Source: Candidatus Hadarchaeota archaeon
GTDB lineage: Archaea > Hadarchaeota > Hadarchaeia > Hadarchaeales > JAGGTB01
Length of the DNA stretch: 64,000 bases
Direction of reading: 5' to 3'
Assembly (NCBI GenBank): GCA_964554215.1
Contig: CAZKND010000001.1
Location: 9,158 to 73,157 of the forward strand
Shown: positions 21,259-31,782 of the stretch, piece after piece
Position numbering within the stretch: the stretch's first letter is position 1
Layout: each line of letters opens with the position of its first letter
Position numbers and translations under genes: made by a program
Notes under the pieces: generated by a model
The model's database searches: none
The model's input: the letters and a program-made list of their open reading frames with translations, nothing else
What the model was told of the DNA's origin: nothing

Positions 21259-22029
21259 ATGGTCACTGAAGAAAACAAGATTAAAGCAAAGGAAATTGCA
21301 GCATTCATAATCCCAATCTTATTAATAGCCGGTGTAGGAGGAGCTGTCACCTATCAAAGAATGAGAGATAAACCCCAAATCGGCGTAATAAATGTCGCCG
21401 GGCCAATTAATGGATTTGAATATGCCAATCTAATCAACGAAGCACGAGAAGACCCTCAAATTAAAGCTGTGGTTTTAAGAATAAACAGTCCAGGAGGCGG
21501 AGTATATAGCAGCTTCCAAACAGAAGAGGCAATAAGAAAATTTTCAGAAGAGAAACCTATAATAACTAGACTTGAGGAATATGCTGCTTCAGGCGCCTAT
21601 ATAATCGCATCAGCTTCAGACAAGATCTATGCACATGAATATACCACAACAGGCGGCCTCGGAGTAAGAGCAGAGTGGATCAGTTACAAGGACTATTACG
21701 AAAATTTAGGCATTCATATTTATCGATGGGAATCAAGAGATCAAAAAACACTTTTTGACCCGCTAAGTAAGCCGACCGAGAACGACAAAGAATACATACA
21801 AAATCTAATTGAACAACTAGACAACGAACTCTACAGAAGAATAGAATGGAACAGACCAGAAGCAAAACTTGAAGATAACGACATCCAAAATGGACTAACT
21901 ATTAGAGGATACGAAGCCCTCGAATTAAATCTAATCGACAATTACGTAAGCCAAAAAGACTCTATAGAATCTGCAAGAAAAGCAGCAGGTTTAGAAGAAG
22001 ACGAATACGAAGTAGTAAACCTTAATTAA
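21259..22029 (+). CDS. sppA: signal peptide peptidase SppA (S49, 36K type)
   Basis: N-terminal TM helix, then VVLRINSPGG of the ClpP/SppA fold. RBS AAGGAGA lies 9 nt upstream of the ATG at 21259. Confidence 0.7.
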   Translation: MVTEENKIKAKEIAAFIIPILLIAGVGGAVTYQRMRDKPQIGVINVAGPINGFEYANLINEAREDPQIKAVVLRINSPGGGVYSSFQTEEAIRKFSEEKPIITRLEEYAASGAYIIASASDKIYAHEYTTTGGLGVRAEWISYKDYYENLGIHIYRWESRDQKTLFDPLSKPTENDKEYIQNLIEQLDNELYRRIEWNRPEAKLEDNDIQNGLTIRGYEALELNLIDNYVSQKDSIESARKAAGLEEDEYEVVNLN

Positions 22030-22033
22030 TAAT

Positions 22034-23005
22034 TTAAGAATTCAATCTCTTTCCCAATCTAGCGAAATGAGCCAAAGCTGCCTCTAGTTGTATCCTCTCA
22101 TTAGCACCTTCAACCATTCGAAAATCGTACTCACCTATTTTGTCTACTAACTTAACTTTCATAGCATCCGGAATGTCTAAATCATAAATCTCTCTATGAA
22201 TCTGTTGCAAAATATCATCACCTGCCAAACCTTGATTTATAGTCAAATCTCTGAGTTTTTTCCGAGCTTCTTCAAACTCTCCATCGAAAGCAACTTTTAT
22301 CATATCTTTAACTTCTCCCGGACTAGCCGTTGCACTCACTTGATAGACAATATCTTTCGTAATCTCCTCCCCTAATGCTGAAGCTGCTTGGAGAATATTT
22401 ATTGCTCTTCTCATATCTCCTTCGGAAGCATAAATTATTGCCTCTATACCACCATCAGTCAAATTCAGATCCTCCTCTTCGCTTATACCCTTCAAAACTT
22501 CTCTAATTCCATCTTCAGAAAGTCTTTTGAAACGGAAGACCGCACACCTCGACTGTATAGGTTCTATAATCTTACTTGAATAATTGCAAGCTAGAACAAA
22601 TCTACAAGTATCGGAATACATCTCCATGGTCCTTCTAAGAGCATGTTGGGCTTCAGAAGTCAAAGCGTCAGCCTCGTCCAGATATATAATCTTGTATGAG
22701 GCATCGCCTACCGGTCTAGTTCTGGCGTAGTCCTTCACTCTATTTCTAATGGTGTCTATACCTCTCTCGTCCGAAGCATTGAGTTCAAGAAAGTTTTGAT
22801 TCCACTGATCTCCGAAAAGTTCTTTGGCAATAGCCAGAGCAGCTGTCGTCTTTCCATTTCCGGGAGGGCCAGCAAAAAGCAAGTGGGGAAGTGAATCCTT
22901 TTCTACAAATTTCTGAAGACGTTCCGTTATTTCTTCCTGACCCACGATTTCTTCAAGGCTTTGTGGACGATATTTTTCCACCCATACACTATGTTGATCG
23001 GTCAA
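22034..23005 (-). CDS. rfcS: replication factor C small subunit
   Basis: WVEKYRPQSLEEIVGQ ... LLFAGPPGNGKTT ... DEAD ... SRC motifs. 323 aa, no intein. Confidence 0.9.
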   Translation of the reverse strand: MTDQHSVWVEKYRPQSLEEIVGQEEITERLQKFVEKDSLPHLLFAGPPGNGKTTAALAIAKELFGDQWNQNFLELNASDERGIDTIRNRVKDYARTRPVGDASYKIIYLDEADALTSEAQHALRRTMEMYSDTCRFVLACNYSSKIIEPIQSRCAVFRFKRLSEDGIREVLKGISEEEDLNLTDGGIEAIIYASEGDMRRAINILQAASALGEEITKDIVYQVSATASPGEVKDMIKVAFDGEFEEARKKLRDLTINQGLAGDDILQQIHREIYDLDIPDAMKVKLVDKIGEYDFRMVEGANERIQLEAALAHFARLGKRLNS

Positions 23006-23266
23006 GTTTCCACCACTTTCTATTTTTTTGATTGGGTTGTTATGTTTTTAGTCTTTAGATTTTCCAAACTTCACAACAGAGATTTTCCAGACAATGAGAA
23101 AACTTCAAACACTGATAGAATATTTTAAATCCCTCATTTTAGCTATTGAAAACTTAATAAAACTCCATAATTCAAGAATCACTCTGAAAGTAAACAATAG
23201 CTACAATCAAGTGAAATCCTTACAAAACATGTTTAAAGAAAAAACACAGAGTATAATTGGTCAAAA

Positions 23267-24082
23267 ATGTCTCAGTTTTTAATCGGTCTGATTGTTCTGA
23301 TAGTAATTCTTTTGTTAGCCATAATACCTCAATCGGTGAACATGGTCGAAGAGTACAAACGAGTAGCCCACTTTAGATTCGGAAGATTTATCGGGATAAA
23401 AGGTCCGGGTATAGTGCTGATAATTCCTTTCGTGGACTCTTTACAGTGGAAAGATCTTCGAGTTAGAGATATGGACGTTTCCAAGCAGAACGTAATAACC
23501 AAGGACAACGTTAGCGCGAACGTGGACGCCGTAGCATATATGAAAGTTTTCGATCCGGAAAAAGCAACTCTCGAAGTGGAGAACCACTACAGAGCCACAA
23601 GTCGACTCGCACAAACAACCCTTAGAGACGTACTGGGTAAAGTAGAACTCGACGAACTTCTGAGCAGAAGAGAAGAGTTAGCGGAGGATATAAGGCAGAT
23701 AATAGACGAGGAGACAGACCCTTGGGGTGTCAAAGTGACGAACGTCACAATAAGAAATGTAAACTTACCTAAAGATATGGTGAGAGCCATAGCCAGCCAG
23801 GCTGAAGCAGAAAGAAATCGCAGAGCTCGAGTGAAAAAAGCCCAAGGAGAAGAAGAAGCTGCAGAGAGAATGGCAGATGCAGCTGAAAAATACGGAGAGA
23901 GCAAAGAAGCAATGCGTCTAAGAGAGCTACAAACACTCGTAGAGATAGCCACAGAGAGAAATCTGATAGTAGTCACACCTTCTCAGATGGGATCCGATAT
24001 CGGTGAGATCACAGGTATTTCGGCCGCCCTGAACAACTCCGAGGACTTAGATCTAGAGGAAATAGAAGAAGAAAAAGATTAG
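23267..24082 (+). CDS. SPFH/band-7 (stomatin/prohibitin-like) membrane protein
   Basis: N-terminal TM helix followed by an SPFH domain (VDAVAYMKVFDPEKA ... NVTIRNVNLP) and a C-terminal coiled coil. Confidence 0.8.
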   Translation: MSQFLIGLIVLIVILLLAIIPQSVNMVEEYKRVAHFRFGRFIGIKGPGIVLIIPFVDSLQWKDLRVRDMDVSKQNVITKDNVSANVDAVAYMKVFDPEKATLEVENHYRATSRLAQTTLRDVLGKVELDELLSRREELAEDIRQIIDEETDPWGVKVTNVTIRNVNLPKDMVRAIASQAEAERNRRARVKKAQGEEEAAERMADAAEKYGESKEAMRLRELQTLVEIATERNLIVVTPSQMGSDIGEITGISAALNNSEDLDLEEIEEEKD

Positions 24083-25371
24083 TCTTCTGAAAGCGTGCTC
24101 ACAAGAAGAGTAGTTTGGCCGTTTTTCTCGATGATGTCTTCGACAATCACTTCTTCTCCCTTCTCTATTTTTTCCTCCGAAAAAGCAGACCATCTCTCAC
24201 CTTTTACTCGAACAACGCCATCTGGATCAATTTCCTTAACAACTGCCCCTTTTGCATCTATGAAGGTCTCCATACCGGTCGCCGGTTCTTTCTTCATAGA
24301 ACCTCGAACTGCCTTAATGAGAAGGAGGACAATCACTACCAGAACTGCCGTGCCACCCCATAAAACACCTCTCGGGACACTCATCCAAGGCTCTCCACCA
24401 GGACCAATGATAAAAAGTCCCAAAATGATGGAAGTGATTCCACCTATTCCAAAAATTCCAAATCCCGGCTCATATATTTCAGCCGCAATTAAAACAGCGC
24501 CTAAAGAAGTCAGAGCTAATCCCAATAGGCTTATCTCCAAAATCTGCAATCCGAAAAATCCCAATAATAAAAATATAGCTCCCACCACCCCAGGCCCTCC
24601 AACTCCACCTGTCGTTATCTCAGTCGCTACACCCAACAAACCAAGCAAGAACAATATGCTAGCTAACTGAGGATTGCTTAAAATACCAAGGAATTTGCTC
24701 GTAAAATCTACACTCAAAGTATCATAACTGGCTCCACTCATCCCCAAATAATTTTCAATATCTTCCCTATCATCTGTAACCAAGTCCACCATATTCTCTT
24801 TTTTCGCATTCTCAGAGCCATACGTCTGATTGTTCTCCACAAACATTTTTGCCTTCTCTTTGGGACGGTTCTGATTTTCTGCAATTTGTCCCATCCACTC
24901 AGACATCGCATTTACCAATTTCTCTTCCTTAGGCCTCGGTTCTGCCGCCCCTATTGTCGAATTTGGATACATAACGGCCACGTCAGAAGCCATCAAAATG
25001 AATGTGCCGGCCGAATAGGCATAAGCTCCTTCCGGTTTCACCCAGGTAACAACAGGCACTTCCGATCCAAGAATCTGGTCAACTATATCTTTTGTAGGCG
25101 CTATCAAACCACCTGGAGTATCAAGCTCAATTATCAATGGAGTTCCGTTCTTTTCAGAAATTTTTATCGCTCTTTCCAAATGATTAGCAGTCCCTGCATC
25201 TATTTCACCTTCAACTCGTGTTATGTGAATATCGGTTCCTGGAGAACCTTGGCTTTTAGGAGTCACTAGTCCGAAAAGAAGAAAAACTAAGATTCCGAGG
25301 CATATCAAAGAATAAACATAACTTTTCTGGGACATCATTTCATTTTTCCCTAACATAAGATAAAAATTCAT
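24079..25371 (-). CDS. NfeD-like membrane-bound ClpP-class serine protease (long form)
   Basis: N-terminal ClpP-like domain (IIELDTPGG ... AYSAGTFI), central multi-TM region and a C-terminal OB-fold. This is the usual partner of stomatin. Confidence 0.75.
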   Translation of the reverse strand: MNFYLMLGKNEMMSQKSYVYSLICLGILVFLLFGLVTPKSQGSPGTDIHITRVEGEIDAGTANHLERAIKISEKNGTPLIIELDTPGGLIAPTKDIVDQILGSEVPVVTWVKPEGAYAYSAGTFILMASDVAVMYPNSTIGAAEPRPKEEKLVNAMSEWMGQIAENQNRPKEKAKMFVENNQTYGSENAKKENMVDLVTDDREDIENYLGMSGASYDTLSVDFTSKFLGILSNPQLASILFLLGLLGVATEITTGGVGGPGVVGAIFLLLGFFGLQILEISLLGLALTSLGAVLIAAEIYEPGFGIFGIGGITSIILGLFIIGPGGEPWMSVPRGVLWGGTAVLVVIVLLLIKAVRGSMKKEPATGMETFIDAKGAVVKEIDPDGVVRVKGERWSAFSEEKIEKGEEVIVEDIIEKNGQTTLLVSTLSED

Positions 25372-25565
25372 TCAATACCTGATGAAAACCAAATAATCTG
25401 GAAATAGAGAATCAATTATCTAAGCTAACACGAAAAAATCACCGAAAAAAGATAATAATAAATTATCTAGAGCTCCAGGTAAAGTTTGAAATAAGATGTA
25501 ATACCCCTTACTAATGTCCTTAAATTATAAAGGCTCATAATTTAACCGTTAGTTCGGTGGATAAT

Positions 25566-28500
25566 ATGATTCAAGAAGCTCCTAAAAATTACGAAGCTCC
25601 GGAAAAAGAAGAAGAGATTCAGGAATGGTGGGATTCGGAGGGTATTTTCGAAAAGGTAAAAGAAGATCATGAAAATGACCCTGACTGGTACTTCCTGGAT
25701 GGACCACCCTATGCAAGTGGAAGAATACATCTAGGCACAGCTTGGAACAAATTAATCAAGGACACAGTTTTGCGTTTTCAGACAATGAAAGGCTATGATG
25801 TGAGGAGACAACCAGGATGGGATACTCATGGACTACCAATCGAGGTAAAGGTGGAGGAAGAACTAGGTGTAAATTCCAAAAAAGATATCGAGGAAGAATA
25901 TGGAATAGACAATTTCATCGACGAGTGCAAAAAGTGGGCAACTGAACACATCGACATGATGAGCGAACAGTTTCAACGATTAGGTATCTGGATGGATTGG
26001 GACGAACCTTACGTTACTTATGAAAATGACTACCTAGAATCAGCTTGGTGGACTCTGAAAAAAGCTGCAGAAAAGGATTTGATGGAGCAAAGACTCCAAG
26101 TCATACAATGGTGCCCCCGTTGCGAAACAGCTCTAGCAGAACACGAAGTTCGTGGCGAATATAAACAGGTTAAAGACCCCTCTATGTATGCTCGATTCAA
26201 ACTCACTTATTCCTCAGATGAATACTTACTTGTTTGGACTACCACCCCCTGGACAATTCCAGCGAATATGGCCGTAACAGTTGATCCCGATCTCTATTAT
26301 GCGAAAATCGAGATTGATGGAGATATTTACATAATGGCTGAGGCTCTCGTTTCTGACGTGATGAACAAACTTGGCGTCTATGATTACAAGCGGGTGGGAC
26401 TTGTAAAAGGTGAAGAGTTGGAAGGTCTGAGATATGAACATCCTCTACTGGATGAAGTTCCCAAACAAAATGAGTATAAAAATCATCACAAGGTCATCAC
26501 TGGAGAGCATGTTACAATTGAAGATGGTACAGGTTGTGTCCATACTGCCCCTGGTCATGGTGTAGAGGACTTTGAAATCGGGCAGGAATATGATTTGCCT
26601 GTATTCAGCCCGGTCGGAGGCGATGGAAAATTCACAGAGGAAGCTGGCAAATACGAAGGTATGGATGTAAAAGATGCTGATGAGGTAATCCTTGATGAAT
26701 TGGAAGAAAAAGATATCCTCATGAAAAGAGGTGTAATCCGACACTCTTATCCTCACTGTTGGCGTTGTGATTCTCCACTCATATTCCGAGCTACAGATCA
26801 ATTGTTCCTAGACATAAGCGAATTGAAACCTAAAATCATAGCAGAAAACACTGAAAAAGTCAAATGGACCCCAGAATGGGCTGAAGATAGATACAACGAT
26901 GGAGTTGAATCAGTTGGAGATTGGTGTATTTCTAGACAAAGGTATTGGGGTATACCGATTCCGATTTGGGAATGTGAAAATTGTGAAAACTCCGAGATGA
27001 TTGGAAGTAGAGAAGAACTATTTGAAAAGTCCATATACGAACTCGATGAAGATATCGACCTGCATAGACCTGGAGTTGACGATGTAAAATTCAATTGTCC
27101 CAATTGTAGCGGTGAGATGTCACGAGTTGAAGATGTTTTAGATGTCTGGTTCGACTCTGGAATCGCACCATGGGCAAGTCTAGGATTCCCTCAAGATGAA
27201 GAACTTTTAGACGAGATGTGGCCTGTGGACTTTGTCACCGAAGGTGAAGATCAAGTTACCAAATGGTTCTACAGTCAACAAGCAGCCTCAATGATTGCTT
27301 TCGACGATATACCTTACAGGGAAGCAGGTATGCATGGATTCACTCTCGACGACGAAGGTAGAAAGATGTCCAAATCTCTCGGAAATGTCGTCGAACCTTC
27401 CGAAGTTGTTGAAGAATACGGAGCCGATGCTTTAAGATTCTATATGCTACATACAAGCCCGATTTGGGAAGACTTGAAGTTTAGCTGGGACGAGTTAGAA
27501 GTCGCTGAAAGATTAATGAACGTGCTCTGGAACAGTTTTGTCTTCGGAACCACTTACATGAGTCTAGACGATTTCGACCCGAAAGAGATGAATGAAGAAG
27601 AAATAGAAGAAAACCTACAAATAGAGGATAAATGGATACTTTCCAGAATCAATCAAACCATAGCCCAAGTATCAGAACACTTAGAAAACAGAAAGTTTCA
27701 CAAAGCAACCAGAGCTTTAGAATCCTTCATCCTAGAAGACCTTAGCAGATGGTACATAAAACTGGTCAGAAAAAGGACCTGGATCGAAGAAGACGATCCT
27801 CGAAAGAAAGTTGCCTATCAAACTCTTTACCGCACATTCGACAAGCTTCTCAGAATAATATCCCCATTACTACCACACCTCTCAGAAGAAATGTATCAGA
27901 AAATGATAAGAGCCGGAGACGAAGAAATGCCGGAAAGTGTTCATCAGCTTTCATGGCCTAAAACCAGAGAAGAAAGAATAGACGAACAACTGGAAGAAAA
28001 AATGGAAAGAAAGACAGAAGAAATTCATAAAACATCAAAAAGAAAACTGGAAGAAAACATGGAAAAAGTGAGAGATATAGTTGAAACCGGAGCCAAAGCC
28101 AGACAAAGAGCCGGGATAAAAGGTAGATGGCCGGTTCAAAAAGTGATTGTCAGTGCTGAATCTGAAGACACTAAAGAAGCAATTAACGAACTAGAAAGCA
28201 TTCTTGTTGATCAGTTAAACTGTAAGGAATTGGAAGCTATGACCGAGGAAGAGTTCCAAGAAGAAGTAGATTTGATTTGCGATGTCAATACTGAATCTCT
28301 AAAAGATCGTTTCGGAGATTTAGCCTACAAAATCGAGAGAATCATCAAAGACATGGATTCAGACCAAGTGAAAAAACAAGGAGAATCTCAAGGGTTTATT
28401 GGACTTACTGTAGAAGGACAGAAAATCAAGGTTGGTCTAAATGAGCTCACCATGGATAAACTACCAGAAAACCTCACCAGTGCAGAATCCGAGTATGGAG

Positions 28501-28811
28501 AAGTAATAATCGACGAAAGTACTACACCCGAGCTAGAGGCTGAAAGGCTGACCCGGGACATAGTAAGAAGACTTCAAGAGATGAGAAAAGATATGGAGTT
28601 GGAAATGGAGGAGGAGATAAACGTTTCAATCGGAGTCCAAAACGAAAAGTTCAAGAACTATTTGAAGAAAGAGCAGGACTATATCGAAGAAGAGGTCAGA
28701 GTCCATACTCTTCTGATCGGAGCTCCAAAGAAAGTGAAAGAGCAAAGATACATGAAAGAATGGAATATAATGGACGAAAAATTCGAACTCTCAATGAGTC
28801 GTACAAAATAA
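25566..28811 (+). CDS. ileS: isoleucyl-tRNA synthetase
   Basis: HIGH-type motif PYASGRIHLGTA and KMSKS motif. About 1080 aa. I chose the ATG at 25566; the track GTG at 25557 is 3 codons upstream. Confidence 0.9.
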   Translation: MIQEAPKNYEAPEKEEEIQEWWDSEGIFEKVKEDHENDPDWYFLDGPPYASGRIHLGTAWNKLIKDTVLRFQTMKGYDVRRQPGWDTHGLPIEVKVEEELGVNSKKDIEEEYGIDNFIDECKKWATEHIDMMSEQFQRLGIWMDWDEPYVTYENDYLESAWWTLKKAAEKDLMEQRLQVIQWCPRCETALAEHEVRGEYKQVKDPSMYARFKLTYSSDEYLLVWTTTPWTIPANMAVTVDPDLYYAKIEIDGDIYIMAEALVSDVMNKLGVYDYKRVGLVKGEELEGLRYEHPLLDEVPKQNEYKNHHKVITGEHVTIEDGTGCVHTAPGHGVEDFEIGQEYDLPVFSPVGGDGKFTEEAGKYEGMDVKDADEVILDELEEKDILMKRGVIRHSYPHCWRCDSPLIFRATDQLFLDISELKPKIIAENTEKVKWTPEWAEDRYNDGVESVGDWCISRQRYWGIPIPIWECENCENSEMIGSREELFEKSIYELDEDIDLHRPGVDDVKFNCPNCSGEMSRVEDVLDVWFDSGIAPWASLGFPQDEELLDEMWPVDFVTEGEDQVTKWFYSQQAASMIAFDDIPYREAGMHGFTLDDEGRKMSKSLGNVVEPSEVVEEYGADALRFYMLHTSPIWEDLKFSWDELEVAERLMNVLWNSFVFGTTYMSLDDFDPKEMNEEEIEENLQIEDKWILSRINQTIAQVSEHLENRKFHKATRALESFILEDLSRWYIKLVRKRTWIEEDDPRKKVAYQTLYRTFDKLLRIISPLLPHLSEEMYQKMIRAGDEEMPESVHQLSWPKTREERIDEQLEEKMERKTEEIHKTSKRKLEENMEKVRDIVETGAKARQRAGIKGRWPVQKVIVSAESEDTKEAINELESILVDQLNCKELEAMTEEEFQEEVDLICDVNTESLKDRFGDLAYKIERIIKDMDSDQVKKQGESQGFIGLTVEGQKIKVGLNELTMDKLPENLTSAESEYGEVIIDESTTPELEAERLTRDIVRRLQEMRKDMELEMEEEINVSIGVQNEKFKNYLKKEQDYIEEEVRVHTLLIGAPKKVKEQRYMKEWNIMDEKFELSMSRTK

Positions 28812-28828
28812 TTTGAGCTGATTTTATT

Positions 28829-29518
28829 ATGAAAAAAATAGGGGTAATTTCAGACCCTCATGCAAATCTAGAAGCGCTTAGAACCGTTCTAGAGGATATG
28901 CCGGATGTCGATAAAATAATCTGTGCAGGGGATTTAGTAAATCTCGGACCACAACCAAACGAAGTAATAGATTTGATAAAAAACGAAGACATACTTACCG
29001 TCTTAGGAAACCACGACCATGCTGTAATAGAAAACGATGCTAGCTCATTCAACGAGGAAGTCGCGGAATCTCTAAAATGGACTCGAGAAGAACTCACTAA
29101 GGACAACCTCAATTTTCTAAAAGACTTATCAAAAACGGAAAGATTAGAGGAAGAGGATTACGAAATATTTATCGCTCACGGAACTCCCAGAAAACCTTTG
29201 AAAGAATATCTCTACCCTGGAACTTCTAACCGAGCGCTAATGAAAATGACAAAAAAAGTAGACACAGACGTAATAGTTCTAGGTCATACACACGTCCCAT
29301 TAAAACGAACTATTCAAAGCAAACGTATTCTAAATCCTGGATCCGTTGGTCAACCTAGAGACAGAAATCCAAAGGCAAGCTACAGCGTCATAGAACTAGG
29401 TGATGAAATAGAGGGAGAACAATACCGAGTATCTTACGATATAGAAAAAACTAAGAAAAAAATAGAGGACTTCGATCTTCCGGAAAAACTTGGTATCAGA
29501 CTTGAGTTCGGTTGGTAA
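28829..29518 (+). CDS. metallophosphoesterase (MJ0936/YfcE-like phosphodiesterase)
   Basis: DPHAN ... GDLVNLGP ... GNHD ... GHTHVP motifs. Confidence 0.75.
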   Translation: MKKIGVISDPHANLEALRTVLEDMPDVDKIICAGDLVNLGPQPNEVIDLIKNEDILTVLGNHDHAVIENDASSFNEEVAESLKWTREELTKDNLNFLKDLSKTERLEEEDYEIFIAHGTPRKPLKEYLYPGTSNRALMKMTKKVDTDVIVLGHTHVPLKRTIQSKRILNPGSVGQPRDRNPKASYSVIELGDEIEGEQYRVSYDIEKTKKKIEDFDLPEKLGIRLEFGW

Positions 29519-29791
29519 TTAGCGAGTCTTCAGTTGTTGTATTGCCAAACTGTTCTCGTTTACTACAATGTAATCCTTAACAGATGCTACTGCTCCGAAG
29601 GGCACCATAGCATAACCTTCTTCGTTCGTTGTAAGGCTTTGAGCTATTTCTTCAGATTCAGGTTTGATAACTAAAGTTTCTACGTCTCCTGTCTCCTCGT
29701 CAACTTCCAAATCATAAATATTTCCAACTCTGAGACCTTTGTCCGTTAGGACTCGCATGTCTCTTAGACTACTAGCCAAGATTCTTGACAT
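29519..29791 (-). CDS. PRC-barrel domain protein
   Basis: About 90 aa. V..KGLRVGNIYDLEVDEETGDVETLVI pattern typical of archaeal PRC barrels. Confidence 0.5.
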   Translation of the reverse strand: MSRILASSLRDMRVLTDKGLRVGNIYDLEVDEETGDVETLVIKPESEEIAQSLTTNEEGYAMVPFGAVASVKDYIVVNENSLAIQQLKTR

Positions 29792-29931
29792 CTTTTGTTC
29801 CTCCGTACTTTCTTCTGCGTCCGAGGTTTAAAAATATAACTCTCTGCAATACAAAAAGAAGTCTCTACTCAAGAATAACTAAATATAAATTAAACCAAAT
29901 CGAGCGTTAACAAAAAATTGAACATCTGAAA

Positions 29932-30771
29932 TTATTCTACCAACAAATCAAGAACCACATGGTACAAATTGGGAGCATATGACCGAACTATCGCCTTGTC
30001 TTTCAACTCAACAGACCTATCAATATCCAAATTTTTTATGAACTCAAAAGAAGGTCCAAACACTTCCGGCTCCTCTCCGTAATCATAAAAATGAATAATA
30101 CCCCCCTCGGGCTTAACCGTCTTGAAAGCGGGCTCAATGAAATCCCTCGCAAACTCAGGGAGTGGCATCAAAACACGGTCTGATTTTCCAACCAGGTACT
30201 CATCAATGACTTCACGAGCATCTCCTCTGACAGGAATCACTTTATCTCCCACCTTGTTCTTTCTGATATTCTTCTCCATATACTCAACCGCCTTTTCATT
30301 CTTATCTATAGAATAGACCTTTTCAGGATCTGAATTAACAGCGGCAAGAATAGAATAACAACCTACACCGGCAAACATGTTAGTGACAACTTCGCCATCC
30401 TCAATCTTCTCAGTTATCCTATTTCTCTCATGAGCCAACCGAGGAGAGAAATACATCTCTTCCAGATCAACATCGAAAGAACAGCCGTACTCTTTGTGGG
30501 TGGTCTCCGTCTTATCCTCACCGGCTATCACTTCCAGATCTCTAGTCCTGAACTCCCCGCTGACAGGACTCTTCTGTCGTAGAACTGTGTTGACATTTCC
30601 CTGCACTTCCAAAAGAGACTCTCCAATCAAATGTTTCTTGTCAACCAACGAATCGGGAATCTTGATAACAGCTATATCACCTACTACATCGAAAGAAGTG
30701 GGGATGTCCTCCTTCTCGTCATCGTCCAACTTACTCTTAAGAACCTCTTTCAAACTCTTCAGCTCTGCCAA
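29932..30771 (-). CDS. Met-10+ family tRNA methyltransferase (Trm5/Taw2-like); its 279-aa length favours Taw2
   Basis: FSPRLAHERNRI ... NMFAGVGCYSI ... class I SAM methyltransferase motifs of the Trm5/Tyw2 family. Confidence 0.75.
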   Translation of the reverse strand: MAELKSLKEVLKSKLDDDEKEDIPTSFDVVGDIAVIKIPDSLVDKKHLIGESLLEVQGNVNTVLRQKSPVSGEFRTRDLEVIAGEDKTETTHKEYGCSFDVDLEEMYFSPRLAHERNRITEKIEDGEVVTNMFAGVGCYSILAAVNSDPEKVYSIDKNEKAVEYMEKNIRKNKVGDKVIPVRGDAREVIDEYLVGKSDRVLMPLPEFARDFIEPAFKTVKPEGGIIHFYDYGEEPEVFGPSFEFIKNLDIDRSVELKDKAIVRSYAPNLYHVVLDLLVE

Positions 30772-30801
30772 AAAATCACCTACAAGAATAGTGTAGTTTC
30801 A

Positions 30802-31251
30802 CTATTCCGATATATTGTCTTCAACTTTGTCCAACAAAGCCGATTCGTAGTTATTCAAAAGATTATTTCGAAGATTCTCCAATTTATCACTTTTCTTCCT
30901 AAATCTCCTGATGAAAACTACGGAGACAAGTATAGGAGCCACACCTGCAATAATCAGTAAAAAGTAGATCATAGGAGAAGCTTCAAATATCACTTCTGGC
31001 CCCCAAAAAATCGCCATAGTGGCTGCAAAAGCTGCTATTCCAAATATCCAAGCCCCAATTCCGTATTTTAACAATCTCTTAGCATACACCCATTGTACAC
31101 TTGAAAGATTTTCCAATTCATCTTCAATAACGCTAAGTTTCCTTTTGATATCATCAGGACTGGCCTCCTCCGGCTCCATTTCCTCCTCATCAATATCTAC
31201 ATCAAAATCTTTAACATCATCCAAATCTTCAACATCAGCCAAATTATTCAC
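30802..31251 (-). CDS. hypothetical membrane protein (acidic N-terminus, two predicted TM helices)
   Basis: ORF only. No recognisable domain. Confidence 0.4.
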   Translation of the reverse strand: MNNLADVEDLDDVKDFDVDIDEEEMEPEEASPDDIKRKLSVIEDELENLSSVQWVYAKRLLKYGIGAWIFGIAAFAATMAIFWGPEVIFEASPMIYFLLIIAGVAPILVSVVFIRRFRKKSDKLENLRNNLLNNYESALLDKVEDNISE

Positions 31252-31318
31252 CTCAAATACTTAACACTCTAGTTTAACTATTTCTTTAATTACCTAAAAA
31301 TTAAACCCATACATCGAA

Positions 31319-31714
31319 TCAGGACTTTACTTTGGTTACTGAAATAGAATCTCTTTCCGCGACCTCTCGAAAGCTGTCAACACCGTCCTCTATCTTAGCG
31401 AAAGTGCTAACAGGGCTAACCGGCTGAGAATCTCCATAGAATACACAAAAAGCAGGGCCCTTGGGCCAATACGAAACGTCGCCTTTCTCTGTATTAGCAC
31501 TTCCTTCCTCCGGCTCAATATTCACAGGGATTGTGAAGTAGACCTCTTCCTTGAAGACAGAAGCTTTTCCTTCAAAGGGTAAAGACTCCCAAACGGCTTT
31601 GCAAGTCTCAGGCCTCTCGTCTTCGAGGAGTTTAGCTGTCGCTTCGAAATCGTCACCTGATATCTTAATTCTCTTAGTCATATTATCCTCAGTTAGTCTT
31701 GATTGATTTGCCAA
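31319..31714 (-). CDS. cyclophilin-like superfamily protein (DUF369/PF04126-like)
   Basis: Pattern IKISGDDFEA.L ... LPFEGKASVFKEEVYF ... GDVSYWPKGPAFCVFYG resembles the TM1367-type cyclophilin-like family. An internal ATG (MTKRIKI) is the probable start. Confidence 0.5.
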   Translation of the reverse strand: MANQSRLTEDNMTKRIKISGDDFEATAKLLEDERPETCKAVWESLPFEGKASVFKEEVYFTIPVNIEPEEGSANTEKGDVSYWPKGPAFCVFYGDSQPVSPVSTFAKIEDGVDSFREVAERDSISVTKVKS

Positions 31715-31782
31715 ATAAAACTGATGGACATGAAAATTTTCTCTTTAAAAAACACCGGCACAAAACCCCTAACAGGATTAGA

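Noticed and set aside
23094-23282. 62-aa ORF upstream of the SPFH gene
   Set aside because: It sits in an AT-rich promoter region, has no RBS or conservation signal, and overlaps the SPFH start. It is probably non-coding.
18739-28811. Inteins in PolB, RFC, CDC48 or IleRS
   Set aside because: Protein lengths are canonical and the conserved motifs are contiguous. No Cys/Ser-to-His-Asn intein boundaries or homing-endonuclease blocks are present.
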